Shown: piece after piece, positions 28,959-40,135 of the stretch | How the letters are laid out: each line of letters opens with the position of its first letter | Position numbering within the stretch: position 1 is the stretch's first letter | NCBI GenBank assembly: GCA_044222395.1 | Contig: JBGANK010000003.1 | Location: 54,525-118,524, forward strand | Reading direction: 5' to 3' | Length of the DNA: 64,000 nucleotides | DNA from: Hyphomicrobiaceae bacterium | Lineage (GTDB): Bacteria; Pseudomonadota; Alphaproteobacteria; Rhizobiales; Hyphomicrobiaceae | Position numbers and translations under genes: made by a program | Notes under the pieces: model-generated | Databases searched by the model: none | What the model was told of the DNA's origin: nothing | The model's input: only the letters and a program-made list of their open reading frames with translations

Positions 28959-29345
28959 TCACTTCGTGGTCGCCGCGTTGCCGCTGTCACGGAGGGAAAG
29001 GATGTAGAAGGCCAGCGCCTCGATCTCGTCGTGGCTCAAGTGATGGTTTGGCATCATCGGCGGCACGGCGTGCAGCCAGGCAATGATGCCTTCGAGCGTC
29101 TGGAAGGGACGACGCGCCACTGCGGCAAATCCCGGCACCGTGTCCGGACTGGTCTTGTCGCCTTGGCCTGGATTGAGATGGCATTCCGCGCACAATTTCT
29201 CGGCCAGTTCCCTGCCGCGTGCAAACTCGTCGGCGACCGCCGAAGATGTGAAAGCGAGCGCGATCGCCGACAGCACCGTGGCCATGGCGATCAAGTGCCT
29301 GCCTGGGCCACCCGCGGTCCATTCCAACTGGTGCCTGCGGCTCAT
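28959..29345 (-). CDS. c-type cytochrome (monoheme)
   Basis: Signal-like segment, one CAECH heme motif, and a distal Met region (PPMMPNH). The start is uncertain (29345, 29363 or 29411). Confidence 0.75.
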   Translation of the reverse strand: MSRRHQLEWTAGGPGRHLIAMATVLSAIALAFTSSAVADEFARGRELAEKLCAECHLNPGQGDKTSPDTVPGFAAVARRPFQTLEGIIAWLHAVPPMMPNHHLSHDEIEALAFYILSLRDSGNAATTK

Positions 29346-29525
29346 GAAATCATCCACATTCATCGGTTCGTGCCCAACTCCCAGACTATGTGACACGCAG
29401 CCGCTCACCAAATACTGAGTGTTTCCGCAATTGTCGCAGGGCGAGCCTTCCCCTGGCGCCCCGGGATCGCTAGATAAAGCGAGTCATTTGCCAAACCACG
29501 ACTGGACCGCGGAAAGCTTCGACCG

Positions 29526-30746
29526 ATGACCCTTGCACTGGATAACGCGCCGGCCGGAGTAGCGGAAAGCGCTGTCGCAGCGGGCAGTTCGATGCCTTCG
29601 CTGGCCGGGCTCGATCGTGCGCGGCTTGGGGCGGCACTATCGGCCATCGGCGTGCCCGACAAGCAGCTGCGCATGCGCGTCAATCAGCTGTGGAGCTGGA
29701 TCTACGTACGTGGCACCACCTCGTTCGAGGAGATGACCGACGTCTCCAAGGAGCTGCGCGGCAAGATTGCTGCGTCCTATTCGCTGAACCGCCTGGAGAT
29801 CGTCACCGAACAGGTGTCGATCGACGGCACACGCAAGTGGCTGCTGCGGCTACCAAGACGCGGGCATGAAGCAAAGCCGCCGGAAATCGAGTGCGTTTAC
29901 ATTCCGGAAGAGGATCGCGGCACGCTGTGCATCTCCAGCCAGGTCGGCTGCACGCTGACGTGCACGTTCTGCCATACCGGCACGCAGCGGCTGGTGCGCA
30001 ATCTTGAGGCCGAAGAAATCGTCGGCCAGATCCTCGTTGCGCGCGACCGGATCGGCGACTGGCCGGGCGCAACGCCGCCCGGCGACGGCCGGCTACTGCC
30101 GATGACCGAGCGCAAGATCACCAACGTCGTGCTGATGGGCATGGGCGAGCCGCTCTACAATTTCGACAACGTGAAAGTGGCGATGGAGGTGGCTGCCGAC
30201 GGCGAGGGCCTGTCGCTGTCGAAGCGGCGCATCACGCTGTCGACGTCGGGTGTGGTTCCGGAGATCGCGCGTTGGGGAGACGAAGCCGGCACGATGCTCG
30301 CCATCTCACTGCACGCGGTCAACGACGAGTTGCGCAACGTGCTGGTGCCGATCAATAAGCGCTATCCGATCGCTGACCTGCTGCAGGCATGTCGTGATTA
30401 TCCGGGGCTTTCCAATGCGCGGCGCATCACCTTCGAATACGTGATGCTGAAAGGGGTGAACGACAGCGTCGAGGATGCCAAGAGCCTGGTGCGGCTCTTG
30501 AAGGGAATTCCGGCGAAGATCAATCTCATCCCGTTCAATCCGTGGCCCGGCACGCAATACGAATGCTCGGATTGGGAAACGATCGAAGCGTTCGCCGACG
30601 TCGTCAACCGCGCCGGCTATGCGAGCCCGGTGCGCACGCCGCGTGGACGCGACATTCTTGCCGCGTGCGGACAGCTCAAATCGCAAAGCGAGAAGCTTCG
30701 TGCGTCGATGCGGTCAAGTGCTGACAGGAGAACCGGCGGGGATTGA
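29526..30746 (+). CDS. rlmN: 23S rRNA/tRNA (adenine-C2)-methyltransferase RlmN (radical SAM)
   Basis: [11 protein letters not shown] radical-SAM cluster motif, GMGEPLYN, and conserved C-terminal Cys (ACGQL). Confidence 0.94.
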   Translation: MTLALDNAPAGVAESAVAAGSSMPSLAGLDRARLGAALSAIGVPDKQLRMRVNQLWSWIYVRGTTSFEEMTDVSKELRGKIAASYSLNRLEIVTEQVSIDGTRKWLLRLPRRGHEAKPPEIECVYIPEEDRGTLCISSQVGCTLTCTFCHTGTQRLVRNLEAEEIVGQILVARDRIGDWPGATPPGDGRLLPMTERKITNVVLMGMGEPLYNFDNVKVAMEVAADGEGLSLSKRRITLSTSGVVPEIARWGDEAGTMLAISLHAVNDELRNVLVPINKRYPIADLLQACRDYPGLSNARRITFEYVMLKGVNDSVEDAKSLVRLLKGIPAKINLIPFNPWPGTQYECSDWETIEAFADVVNRAGYASPVRTPRGRDILAACGQLKSQSEKLRASMRSSADRRTGGD

Positions 30747-30751
30747 CGGCG

Positions 30752-31180
30752 ATGGTCTGGAAAACGGTGGGACGGCTGGTGTGGATACCGATCGCAGCGC
30801 TCATCGCGGTGGCGATCGGCGGTCTCGTGCTGGTCTCGCTCGGGCTCGAACGTATCACCCAGGCGACCCAGGGCCGGTGGCAGGACGGCGACACGTTGAG
30901 CGGGCTCTACCAACTTCTGGTCCAGGGGCAATTGCTCGCCTCCGGGCTGACGCTGGTACCGGCACTCGCCGTGATCATCATCGGCGAAGTGGCCCGCATT
31001 CGCTCGATGCTCTATTACGTTCTCGGCGGCGGACTGGCCGTGGTGGCGGTTCCGCTGCTCGCCCGGCTTGGTGAGGCGGGCACGATTTCGACGCTGCCGA
31101 GCACTGTGTGGCAGGTCTTTGCAACGGCCGGATTCGCGGGCGGTTGGGTCTATTGGATGCTTGCGGGACGCAACGCATGA
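30752..31180 (+). CDS. membrane protein of unknown function (paralog a)
   Basis: Four hydrophobic segments. C-terminal GFAGGWVYWMLAGRNA matches the next gene. Could start at the TTG at 30743, which overlaps the rlmN stop. Confidence 0.6.
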   Translation: MVWKTVGRLVWIPIAALIAVAIGGLVLVSLGLERITQATQGRWQDGDTLSGLYQLLVQGQLLASGLTLVPALAVIIIGEVARIRSMLYYVLGGGLAVVAVPLLARLGEAGTISTLPSTVWQVFATAGFAGGWVYWMLAGRNA

Positions 31181-31288
31181 GGCCGACATTCCACAGTCGC
31201 CAGAAGAAAATGCGCGCAGCCGGTTGTCGCGCGCGCAGGTGCCTGTAAGTTCGAGCAGCGGGTCGTAAGATTTCGGACCGGAGCAGGC

Positions 31289-31990
31289 GTGGCCACCTTT
31301 TTCAGAGTGACGCTTGGACTTGTCGCCGCCATGCTGACCGCTGCGGTGACCGTGGTGCTGTTCGCGCTGCCGTCACCCGATCCCGCCGGGACCGAGCACG
31401 CCGCGCTGACGCGTGGTCTTGGCGACACCATCGTACTCGTATTGCATGCGGCGACCCACGTCACGTTGTTCAGCGTTTGGTTCGCCATTCCCGTGATCGT
31501 CGTCGGCGAATGGTTCCGACAGCGTGATTGGACCTACTACACATTGGCCGGGATCGTGATCGCACTTGGCGGATTCGTTGCCCAATACGCCGCTGAAAAC
31601 GCCAGCCAGCCGACCATCGCCAACAACTATGCGCTGATCGCATTTGCAATGGCCGGCGCGATCGGAGCCTTCTTCTACTGGATGGTGGCGGGTCATAACG
31701 CGGGAGCGCGCGTTGTCGACGGGCTGCGCAAAGGCGGGACGAATTCCGAGCAGGGCGGGGAGAATGCCGACATTCATCGCGCTCGCGATACCGCCGCGTC
31801 CAACATCGAAGGCATCTCCAGCACAGACAACCGCGCGACGGAGCGAAGGACCCCCGGTCCGGTAAAAGACGCAACGCCTCCTCGCCGGTTTTCAACGGTT
31901 CCGGAGGTGGCACCGCAGCGACTCAAACTGGTGCCCAAGATTTCCCTTCGTGTGCCAGAAAGCGGACCACCCGGCCAGGATCAGACGTGA
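31289..31990 (+). CDS. membrane protein of unknown function (paralog b) with disordered C-terminal tail
   Basis: Shares ...YY.L.G..... and GAIGAFFYWMVAGHNAG blocks with 30752-31180. Has an extra ~90-aa polar tail. Confidence 0.6.
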   Translation: MATFFRVTLGLVAAMLTAAVTVVLFALPSPDPAGTEHAALTRGLGDTIVLVLHAATHVTLFSVWFAIPVIVVGEWFRQRDWTYYTLAGIVIALGGFVAQYAAENASQPTIANNYALIAFAMAGAIGAFFYWMVAGHNAGARVVDGLRKGGTNSEQGGENADIHRARDTAASNIEGISSTDNRATERRTPGPVKDATPPRRFSTVPEVAPQRLKLVPKISLRVPESGPPGQDQT

Positions 31991-32200
31991 GCTGCGAAAG
32001 CTCAGCCAGGCCGTCCGAGTTGCAGAGCCTTCTTTTTAATTGCGTTTTCGAGCATTTCTTTTTTGCATTGCAGCATCTTGTTGCGGCGCAGCAAATCGTG
32101 TAGAATTCAAAAGTTGAGGGTGTTTCGACACTTTCACGCCCGATCCGACCGCCGGCGCCCACTACGGGCCGCGCCGCCACCATCGTCGAGGAGGTCCCAA

Positions 32201-32818
32201 ATGACAGATCCCACCCGTTATGCACGAGAGTTCGCAGGATCGTCGATGGACGCCCTCACCGGCTATGCATCAGCCGCCTTCGCCGCCTACGCCGATCTCG
32301 CCGGCCAGGCGTTCGGATGCTGGGCTCAGGCCGTGGACGCCATGGTGCCGGGTGCGCAGGCGCGATCCTGGTATCGGCACCCGGACCAGGCAACCAGCCG
32401 GCAGCTCTCGTTTGTTTGGCCAGCGCCGGTCAACTCTCCATTCGCATTCTTCGGCATGCCGGTCGCGGGCCGGACAGCGCCGGCCGTTTTCAATCCGCTG
32501 GCACTTTGGATGAATGCATGGCCGGTGCAGGGCAACCCGGCGTCCTGGCCGCTTGCGTTCGCTTTGATGGGGATGGGCGTGTCGCGCTCGGTCGCCTATC
32601 CGCTGGCGCAGGCCAACACGGCCGCGCTCGACGCTGCCACCGCCGCAGGCAATGCGATCAAGGACTCCTATTCGACGTACCGGTCCGATGGTGGACACGC
32701 GAGCACGCACGTGATCATGGACCAGACGAAGCTGACCGCGACGGCCGTCATGCCGCTGGCGCTGGCGATGGCCACACCCTGGCTCAATGCGTTCAATCAA
32801 TTGTCGCGCGTGCATTGA
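32201..32818 (+). CDS. hypothetical protein
   Basis: GAGGAGG RBS lies 6 nt before ATG 32201. High GC3. Ala/Trp/Pro-rich with no recognisable motif. Confidence 0.55.
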   Translation: MTDPTRYAREFAGSSMDALTGYASAAFAAYADLAGQAFGCWAQAVDAMVPGAQARSWYRHPDQATSRQLSFVWPAPVNSPFAFFGMPVAGRTAPAVFNPLALWMNAWPVQGNPASWPLAFALMGMGVSRSVAYPLAQANTAALDAATAAGNAIKDSYSTYRSDGGHASTHVIMDQTKLTATAVMPLALAMATPWLNAFNQLSRVH

Positions 32819-32936
32819 GACGCAGGCTCGATCAGCCGCGATCCCACTACGGTTTCGAAAATGAAGAAGGCCGCACCCTCTCCAGGTGCGGCCTTCCTAT
32901 TCGTTCGACCGTCTTACTGGCAGAGCGCCAAAACGA

Positions 32937-33446
32937 TCAATTTGCCGGAGCCTTTGCCTTCTTCGCTGCAGTCGTCGGTGCCGTAGTGGCGGCATCGGCG
33001 GCGGGAGCAGCAGGCTTCTTCGCCGCAGCCGCGGCAGGCTTTGCAGGCTCAGCCGGCGTGGCAGGAGTTGCTGCCTTGGCGGGCGCCGCCTTCTTGGCAG
33101 CGAAGCCGGCCTTCTTGCGGCAGTAGGCCTTTACCGACTTGCCATCCTTGCGGGTGGTGGCGGCAATCCACGAACACGCGTCACCCATGGACGTGCAGCC
33201 GGCCTCATCGAGACCTTTGCAAGCCGATGCCGGCTTCTTGGCCGTCGTCGCCGGAGTGGCAGGCGTTGCCGGAGTGGCCGGCTTCGCAGCGGCCGGGGCT
33301 GCCGGAGCGGCAGGTGCTGCAGGCTTGGCTGCGGCCGGCTTCGCCGGCGCGGCCGGATCCGGGGCCTTCTGAGCCATGGCCGAAGGCACCATAGTGGCAA
33401 GTGCAAATCCGGCAGCGATGGCCAGAGCTCCCAAATGTTTCGTCAT
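32937..33446 (-). CDS. secreted Ala/Pro/Lys-rich low-complexity protein with 4-Cys core
   Basis: Signal peptide MTKHLGALAIAAGFALATMVPSAMA. PAKPAAA-type repeats flank CKGLDEAGCTSMGDACSWIAATTRKDGKSVKAYCRKK. Confidence 0.65.
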   Translation of the reverse strand: MTKHLGALAIAAGFALATMVPSAMAQKAPDPAAPAKPAAAKPAAPAAPAAPAAAKPATPATPATPATTAKKPASACKGLDEAGCTSMGDACSWIAATTRKDGKSVKAYCRKKAGFAAKKAAPAKAATPATPAEPAKPAAAAAKKPAAPAADAATTAPTTAAKKAKAPAN

Positions 33447-33824
33447 TGTCACGGCAAACACCTCCATGTGCTGATGCCGATGGACCTAAACCAACAATTC
33501 TGTCTTGTGACAGATGTCGGAACTCCATTACTGCACCGGCCCAATAAAATTAAGGCGGTTTTTTGCGATCTTCACCGACTTCTATTTCGCAGATGCAAGG
33601 TGCGGTCGGTGGCGACGTGGTGCGCTGAACGCTATTTTGAACAGGAATAATTCCCGCGGCGCGTACTCAAGACCATGCGGCAGCTCGTTTTTCAGGCCCT
33701 GCGCAAGGAGCGCGAGAACGCCCGAATTTCGGCCAATTGTGCTTGCGATCGGGACATCGCCGCCTATAGTGCCGAGCCTCTTTTCACCCCATTAGGCCGC
33801 AACTTCCAACCCTCAAGGTTTCTC

Positions 33825-35054
<1,230 letters not shown>

Positions 35055-35093
35055 TGCGGCAGTCACTCTCGACGCCCATGTGAGGCTTGATCC

Positions 35094-35624
35094 ATGCGCC
35101 ACACATCCAATGACGATGGGTTGTGGGAGAAGCCGCTCCCGCTAGATCGCTTGACACTCGAAAGAATCAAACCGCGGTTCTGGCCTGCCGTCCGTGCCAG
35201 CACGCCCATTTCCATACTGTTGGCGCTTGCCACGACAGCACTGCAGTTTGGCACGCGCCACTTTGCCCCCTCGCAGATAGACATGCATCTTGTTCGCCAG
35301 CCCATTCATTACGTTCTCACCTTCTTGAGCATGGCATTTGGTGTGGCATGCTGGCTCGCAATCAAGGACGCACGGTATGAGCAAGGCATCTTCGATCCCT
35401 CACCCACTGGCATTGCGAAGCTCGTGAGGGCCAACTGGCGATTGTCGCTCGCATTGGTTCTGCTCTTCGCGGCCTGGGGTTGGATTGTGTCTATACTCAC
35501 ACCGCCTTCACTGACACCGCCGTCGAAAGTGGTCGAGATGGTCGTCATGAGTGCCTCTGGAGGTTTGCTGCTGGCAATTTTCTTTGCCAAGGTTCCCAAG
35601 TCACCAGCTGGAGTAAAGCCATGA
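35094..35624 (+). CDS. membrane protein of unknown function
   Basis: 176 aa with four hydrophobic segments. Its stop overlaps the start of the next gene (ATGA). Confidence 0.55.
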   Translation: MRHTSNDDGLWEKPLPLDRLTLERIKPRFWPAVRASTPISILLALATTALQFGTRHFAPSQIDMHLVRQPIHYVLTFLSMAFGVACWLAIKDARYEQGIFDPSPTGIAKLVRANWRLSLALVLLFAAWGWIVSILTPPSLTPPSKVVEMVVMSASGGLLLAIFFAKVPKSPAGVKP

Positions 35625-36049
35625 CCCAATTCGCCCCATACGGCCACGCGATCGTGTCGATGGCGGGGTTTGCGCTTCTCACGCTGGCGATCGCGCCGAT
35701 CGCGGCGACGCGCAAGGCGAAGGATGGTGTCGTGTCCGGCTCGGCGCCAACGCCCGACTACGCCAACCCCACTTACCGGCTGTGGCGCGCGCACTTGAAT
35801 GCGACCGAGATCATGGGCGTGTTCGTCGCCGCGACGATGGCGGCAATACTCGCCGGCGCGCCGCCGTTCTGGGTCAACCTCGCGGCCAGCTTATTCTTCG
35901 TCAGCCGCATCGCGCATGCCGTCATCCACATCGCCGGCATCGGCGCGCCGAGCTACGGCCCGCGCACGTTCCTCTTCATCCTCGGATGGTTCATGTGCGC
36001 GAGCCTGGCGGTGATGGCGATTTTTTCTGTCTTCACGAAATCGGCGTGA
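35621..36049 (+). CDS. MAPEG-family membrane protein
   Basis: 142 aa with four TM segments. RAHLNATE...FFVSRIAHAVIH pattern recalled for MAPEG. Confidence 0.65.
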   Translation: MTQFAPYGHAIVSMAGFALLTLAIAPIAATRKAKDGVVSGSAPTPDYANPTYRLWRAHLNATEIMGVFVAATMAAILAGAPPFWVNLAASLFFVSRIAHAVIHIAGIGAPSYGPRTFLFILGWFMCASLAVMAIFSVFTKSA

Positions 36050-36089
36050 CCGAGGAAGTTCCGAGCGGGCACGGCTTTTCCGGCGCATC

Positions 36090-36569
36090 TCAGTCGTCCT
36101 CGAAGTAGCCCCGCTCCGCATCGAGATGACACGCTTTGCAGTCGGCAACCGACTTGGCGCCACGGCGCTTCAGCGTGGCGGGCGAGATGCGGCCCTTCTT
36201 GTCGTGCTTGCGCACGAACCAGGGCTGCTCGGAGATCCGGATTCTATCGCCAACCGTGCCTCGGCCCTCGCGCGCCGCGTTGTTCACGAGGTACTGCGTG
36301 ATCTTGCCGGCGCTGTCGGCATCAAGCTCGGCGTTGGCGCCGAAGTGATTCTTCAGGTCTGCCATCATCGCCTTCCACGACGATGCCGGCAGCAGACCGG
36401 CCGGAAAAATCATGTGGCAGGCGCTGCATTCCTTAGCCGTGAGTTGATCCCTGACAGGAGCAACGCGTTCGTATTCGTCTGCGAGTGCAAAGCCACCGAA
36501 TGCGGCGGCTGACACAAAGGCGACGGCGCCGTAAAGGCGCGTTGCACTACAAAGCTTCGTGGTTCTCAT
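36090..36569 (-). CDS. diheme cytochrome c (DHC family)
   Basis: Signal peptide plus two CxxCH motifs (CSACH, CKACH). C-terminal CKACHLDAERGYFEDD. Confidence 0.8.
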   Translation of the reverse strand: MRTTKLCSATRLYGAVAFVSAAAFGGFALADEYERVAPVRDQLTAKECSACHMIFPAGLLPASSWKAMMADLKNHFGANAELDADSAGKITQYLVNNAAREGRGTVGDRIRISEQPWFVRKHDKKGRISPATLKRRGAKSVADCKACHLDAERGYFEDD

Positions 36570-36601
36570 CTTGTCCTTCCAGTCATCGAAGTCACATCTA
36601 C

Positions 36602-37030
36602 CTAAAGGCTCATGAGATAGGCGAGCACGTCGCCCTTCTCCTGTGGGGTGCATTCGCGACCCATCACGTCATTGCAGTTGCGCTTGAACCATTTCGCCAC
36701 GTCGGCGGGATCGGTGAAGCGCTTGGGATTCACGGAAACCGCCATCGGTTCGATGCGCTTGCCAGCGCGCGTCTCACCAGGCGCCTTCAAATCAGTCGTG
36801 TGGCATGACGTGCACGACGGCGTTTCCGCGTTGCCGCCCTTGTGCTTGCCCTTGAAAAGCGTTTCGCCGCGCTTGGCATCGAAGCCGGCGAACGCGGGAT
36901 CGGCTGCTTTCGCTGCCGCCTCGTAGCTCTGCACCAGCGACTGGTGTGCCGGGCTCATTGCCGCAATCGCGCTCGGCGTACCGGCGGCGGCAACGATCAG
37001 GGATAAGATTGTGCGTTTCAACGGGCTCAT
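36602..37030 (-). CDS. DUF1924-like monoheme c-type cytochrome
   Basis: Signal peptide and a single CTSCH motif. ATGA overlap with the upstream cytochrome b gene. Confidence 0.75.
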   Translation of the reverse strand: MSPLKRTILSLIVAAAGTPSAIAAMSPAHQSLVQSYEAAAKAADPAFAGFDAKRGETLFKGKHKGGNAETPSCTSCHTTDLKAPGETRAGKRIEPMAVSVNPKRFTDPADVAKWFKRNCNDVMGRECTPQEKGDVLAYLMSL

Positions 37031-38232
37031 GATGACCTCGCTTGTGTTGCGACTTGAGTCTTCGGGATCGTGATGTTGCGCGGCGAGAAGCGACCGCTTT
37101 CGGCGTCGAGATGACATGCCGTGCAGTTGAGCTTGCCGCCGACGGGCTTTTCCTTGAAGGCAGCCTCGGGCACGTCGCGATGCAGCCGCTTCCAGCTTTC
37201 GCGCGCGGTGATGCGAAGGGCGTCTTCAGGCTTTGCTGTCGGATCGGGTTTCTTGTCGGGACGCCTCAATACATTGGCCGGCTTCGTGTCGAAGGACTCC
37301 GCAGCATTCGACTCAAGATAGGTCTTGATCTCGGTGAAAAGCGGCTCGTCGAGAGAGGCGTTCTCACCGAAGTGCTGGGCCAGTCCCGCCATGACGGCTT
37401 GCCAGGTCTGCTTCGTCGCCAGGCTGGGGTGGTGGACTGCGTGGCACGATTTGCATTCCTTGACGACGATGGCCGGCATCGGGGCCGCAGGCACGCCATG
37501 AGCAGGCAGCAGCGACAGGTAAGTGATTGCGCCGCCTATCGACAGCAGCAGTGCTACCGTCAGCGCGGCTGCGAGACCGGGACGCGCGGAGGCCAGCTTT
37601 GATGATGCCTCACGTCGTTGCTTCCAGCCCGTCACCATGGCGCGGGCGAGATTCTCTCGCGAACGAAGGCTTTCGAACAGCACGCCGGCGACGTGTAGCG
37701 CGATGAGGCCGAGCAGCGCGAAGGCCAGCGCTTCGTGAAGTTCCTTGACCTCACGCGCGGTGGCAAATGTCAGATAAGGTGCGGCCGGCCCATCCTTGAA
37801 CACGCCGCCGAGCACGATCACGCCAGTTGCCGTCGCGGCAATCAGCACCGTCAGCAGCGCCAGGATCATCATGGCGGCTATCGGGTTGTGTCCGGTATGC
37901 GCGCCTGCATGGCCCTTCACGATCTCCATCAGGTGCCGCAAAGTCGCCAGCGGATTGCGCACGAAGTTCGAGAAGCGGGCGTGCGTCGAACCGGTAAAGC
38001 CCCAGACGATGCGGAACATGACCAGCGCGGCGATGGCCGAACCGGCGATGATGTGCACATCGAAGGTCGACGGCTCGTCAAAGAAGCCAGTCACCAGGGC
38101 GATCGTCACCAGCGCAACAAAGGACCAGTGCACGAGGCGGACCGGCAGATCCCACACCTTGATACGATCGATTTGTGGCGCAGCTCCATCCGCGGTTGGG
38201 CTTCTATCTGCGCTGCCAGCCAAGACTTTCAT
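37027..38232 (-). CDS. cytochrome b561-type membrane domain fused to a C-terminal diheme cytochrome c domain
   Basis: N-terminal VRLVHWSF...four-TM b-type cytochrome pattern. C-terminal CKSCH and CTACHLDAESGRF resemble the separate DHC gene. Confidence 0.8.
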   Translation of the reverse strand: MKVLAGSADRSPTADGAAPQIDRIKVWDLPVRLVHWSFVALVTIALVTGFFDEPSTFDVHIIAGSAIAALVMFRIVWGFTGSTHARFSNFVRNPLATLRHLMEIVKGHAGAHTGHNPIAAMMILALLTVLIAATATGVIVLGGVFKDGPAAPYLTFATAREVKELHEALAFALLGLIALHVAGVLFESLRSRENLARAMVTGWKQRREASSKLASARPGLAAALTVALLLSIGGAITYLSLLPAHGVPAAPMPAIVVKECKSCHAVHHPSLATKQTWQAVMAGLAQHFGENASLDEPLFTEIKTYLESNAAESFDTKPANVLRRPDKKPDPTAKPEDALRITARESWKRLHRDVPEAAFKEKPVGGKLNCTACHLDAESGRFSPRNITIPKTQVATQARSS

Positions 38233-38442
38233 GGGTTGTACCCGCTCGTTGATCGGAGTGAATGGATAGCAAGGCGGCGATTGCACCCTTCTGACACCCG
38301 TTGTCAGCATTCGGTAATGTTGTTTGCAGCGCCCCGCTCGCGGCACGCGGCAGCCGCAAGCGTTCGTTCATCGCCTGCTGTTAACGCTCAACTGGTTGTG
38401 GAAGCACGTTGTCTGGCGCGAGGCGGCAGCGGGGATCGATGC

Positions 38443-39183
38443 ATGTTCTTTCTTGGTGGTGATCAGCCGCGCGCCACGCTCGGCCACATCGGGCATGTAC
38501 CGATCCGTGTCGACGTGACTTTCATACTGGTGCCGATGCTCTATCTGGGCAATCTGCCGCAGCAAGATCCGATCGGTGGACTGATGCACGGAGTCCTGCT
38601 GACGGCGGGGCTGTTCGTGTCGATCCTGCTGCACGAGCTTGGGCATGGAATCGTGGCGCACCGAAACCGCATGCACGTGGAGGAGCTGGTGGTCGGCGGC
38701 TTCTACGGTTATGCGCGCCTGCATGGACTGGCACCGACTCGGCTCAGTGCAGCTCTCGTGCTGTTTGCGGGTCCGCTCGCCAACTTGTCGATTTTCCTGT
38801 GGCTGTGGGTGCTGATCGGCTTTCCGACAGTCTCCCTCCATGGCGGGATCGGCGCGCCGCTGCTGGGCTACACGACCATCTACCACTACCCGACGCTCTA
38901 TGGCGCGGCGTGGTCGCTGGCGATGATGAATTTCGCCATGTTCGTCTTCAATCTGATGCCGGCGTTTCCGCTCGACGGCGGCAGGATCTGGCGACTGCTG
39001 CTGTCGAAGCGCATGGAGAATGCGGATGCCGTAAAGCTCATCGCCGGTTTCGGGATTGCGGTCGGTATCGTCGTGTGCCTATTGAGCGGGTCATTCAGCT
39101 TCATTGGCCTGCTGGTCGGACTGCAGATCGCCTGGCAGAACTACGAGGCGTTCCACAATCCCACGCGCGCACTCGGCGATTGA
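38443..39183 (+). CDS. M50/site-2-protease-family metalloprotease
   Basis: HELGH zinc motif inside a TM segment and a downstream NLMPAFPLDGG motif. The 5' part of the long ORF (37735-38442) is antisense to the cytochrome b gene. Confidence 0.8.
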   Translation: MFFLGGDQPRATLGHIGHVPIRVDVTFILVPMLYLGNLPQQDPIGGLMHGVLLTAGLFVSILLHELGHGIVAHRNRMHVEELVVGGFYGYARLHGLAPTRLSAALVLFAGPLANLSIFLWLWVLIGFPTVSLHGGIGAPLLGYTTIYHYPTLYGAAWSLAMMNFAMFVFNLMPAFPLDGGRIWRLLLSKRMENADAVKLIAGFGIAVGIVVCLLSGSFSFIGLLVGLQIAWQNYEAFHNPTRALGD

Positions 39184-39319
39184 GGCAAGTAATTCCGCGG
39201 GGGCACCGATGCCAAAGAGGCGCACAGGCAGCAAAAAGGGCGTCGTTCTTCCGCGTCGTGGATGACGGCCAACCGCGCGCGTCGCTAAAGTCGGGCGGAT
39301 CTCAGCGTGCCCGGTTGTC

Positions 39320-40135
39320 ATGACGCGTTACAAACTGAACAAGACGCTCCGCCGTTCGTATCTGGTGCTTGGACTCGTGCTCGCCGTGGCTTTCATCGCG
39401 CGCATGTCGGGGCACATCCCCGGGCTTTCGGGCAGCAGCGCCGAGCAGTTTCTCAAGGACATCTACGATTATCTCAAGGACATGGCGCTGGTGCTGGTGA
39501 CGGTGATCGCCGCCTACCTCGCCAACGTGTTCCAGAAGCGCTCCAAGTTCATCGAGAACCTGGAACAGGAGTGGCGCGGCATCGTGGCGACGAAGTCGGC
39601 GCTGGCGGGCTATTGCGACAGGCCCTATCCGACGATCGACGACTATGTCACCGCCTATTCGCGCATTTCCGACGCGATCGACAACATGCGCGTGGTCTAT
39701 CGCAACGCCGGTGAAACCTCGGGGCTGGTCGGCCTCTACCCCTATGCGCCCCTGCACGACATGCGGCGCGCGCTGCAATGGCTCGACCCGCGCAAGAAGC
39801 CCAACACGACCGCGGCGGAGCGCAAGCTGGCACAAGACGCCATCCTGCAGTCGTTCTTCGCACTCAGAGAGAATTTCCTGGAAGAACTCGACCTCGACGA
39901 GCCGCATCACCCGCTACTCATTTCGGGCGGGCGGCGTCTGAAACAGCCGGGGTCGACGCGGGCGGCGCGGCAGGAACAGGACCGGCAAAGAAAGCGGCAG
40001 GACGAGCAGCCGCAGCCGCGTCCCGATGTCGATACGCTGTTGTCGCATCTCTATTACGAGGAACAGCAGTCGGACCAGCGCTCGGTCAATGGCAATGGCG
40101 TGGGTACCACTCAGGCGCGCGGGCGCGACGTGTAG
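39320..40135 (+). CDS. hypothetical membrane-anchored protein
   Basis: 271 aa with two N-terminal TM segments and a basic/Gln-rich C-terminal tail. High GC3. Confidence 0.55.
   Translation: MTRYKLNKTLRRSYLVLGLVLAVAFIARMSGHIPGLSGSSAEQFLKDIYDYLKDMALVLVTVIAAYLANVFQKRSKFIENLEQEWRGIVATKSALAGYCDRPYPTIDDYVTAYSRISDAIDNMRVVYRNAGETSGLVGLYPYAPLHDMRRALQWLDPRKKPNTTAAERKLAQDAILQSFFALRENFLEELDLDEPHHPLLISGGRRLKQPGSTRAARQEQDRQRKRQDEQPQPRPDVDTLLSHLYYEEQQSDQRSVNGNGVGTTQARGRDV

Noticed and set aside
33041-33528. Several overlapping ORFs in other frames and strands within the Ala/Pro/Lys-rich gene
   Set aside because: They are artefacts of GC-rich low-complexity repeats. Only the minus-strand frame with a signal peptide and the Cys core is coherent.
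37735-38442. 5' two-thirds of the 482-aa plus-strand ORF 37735-39183
   Set aside because: This part is antisense to the cytochrome b gene and is not protein-like. The M50 protease sequence only begins around ATG 38443.
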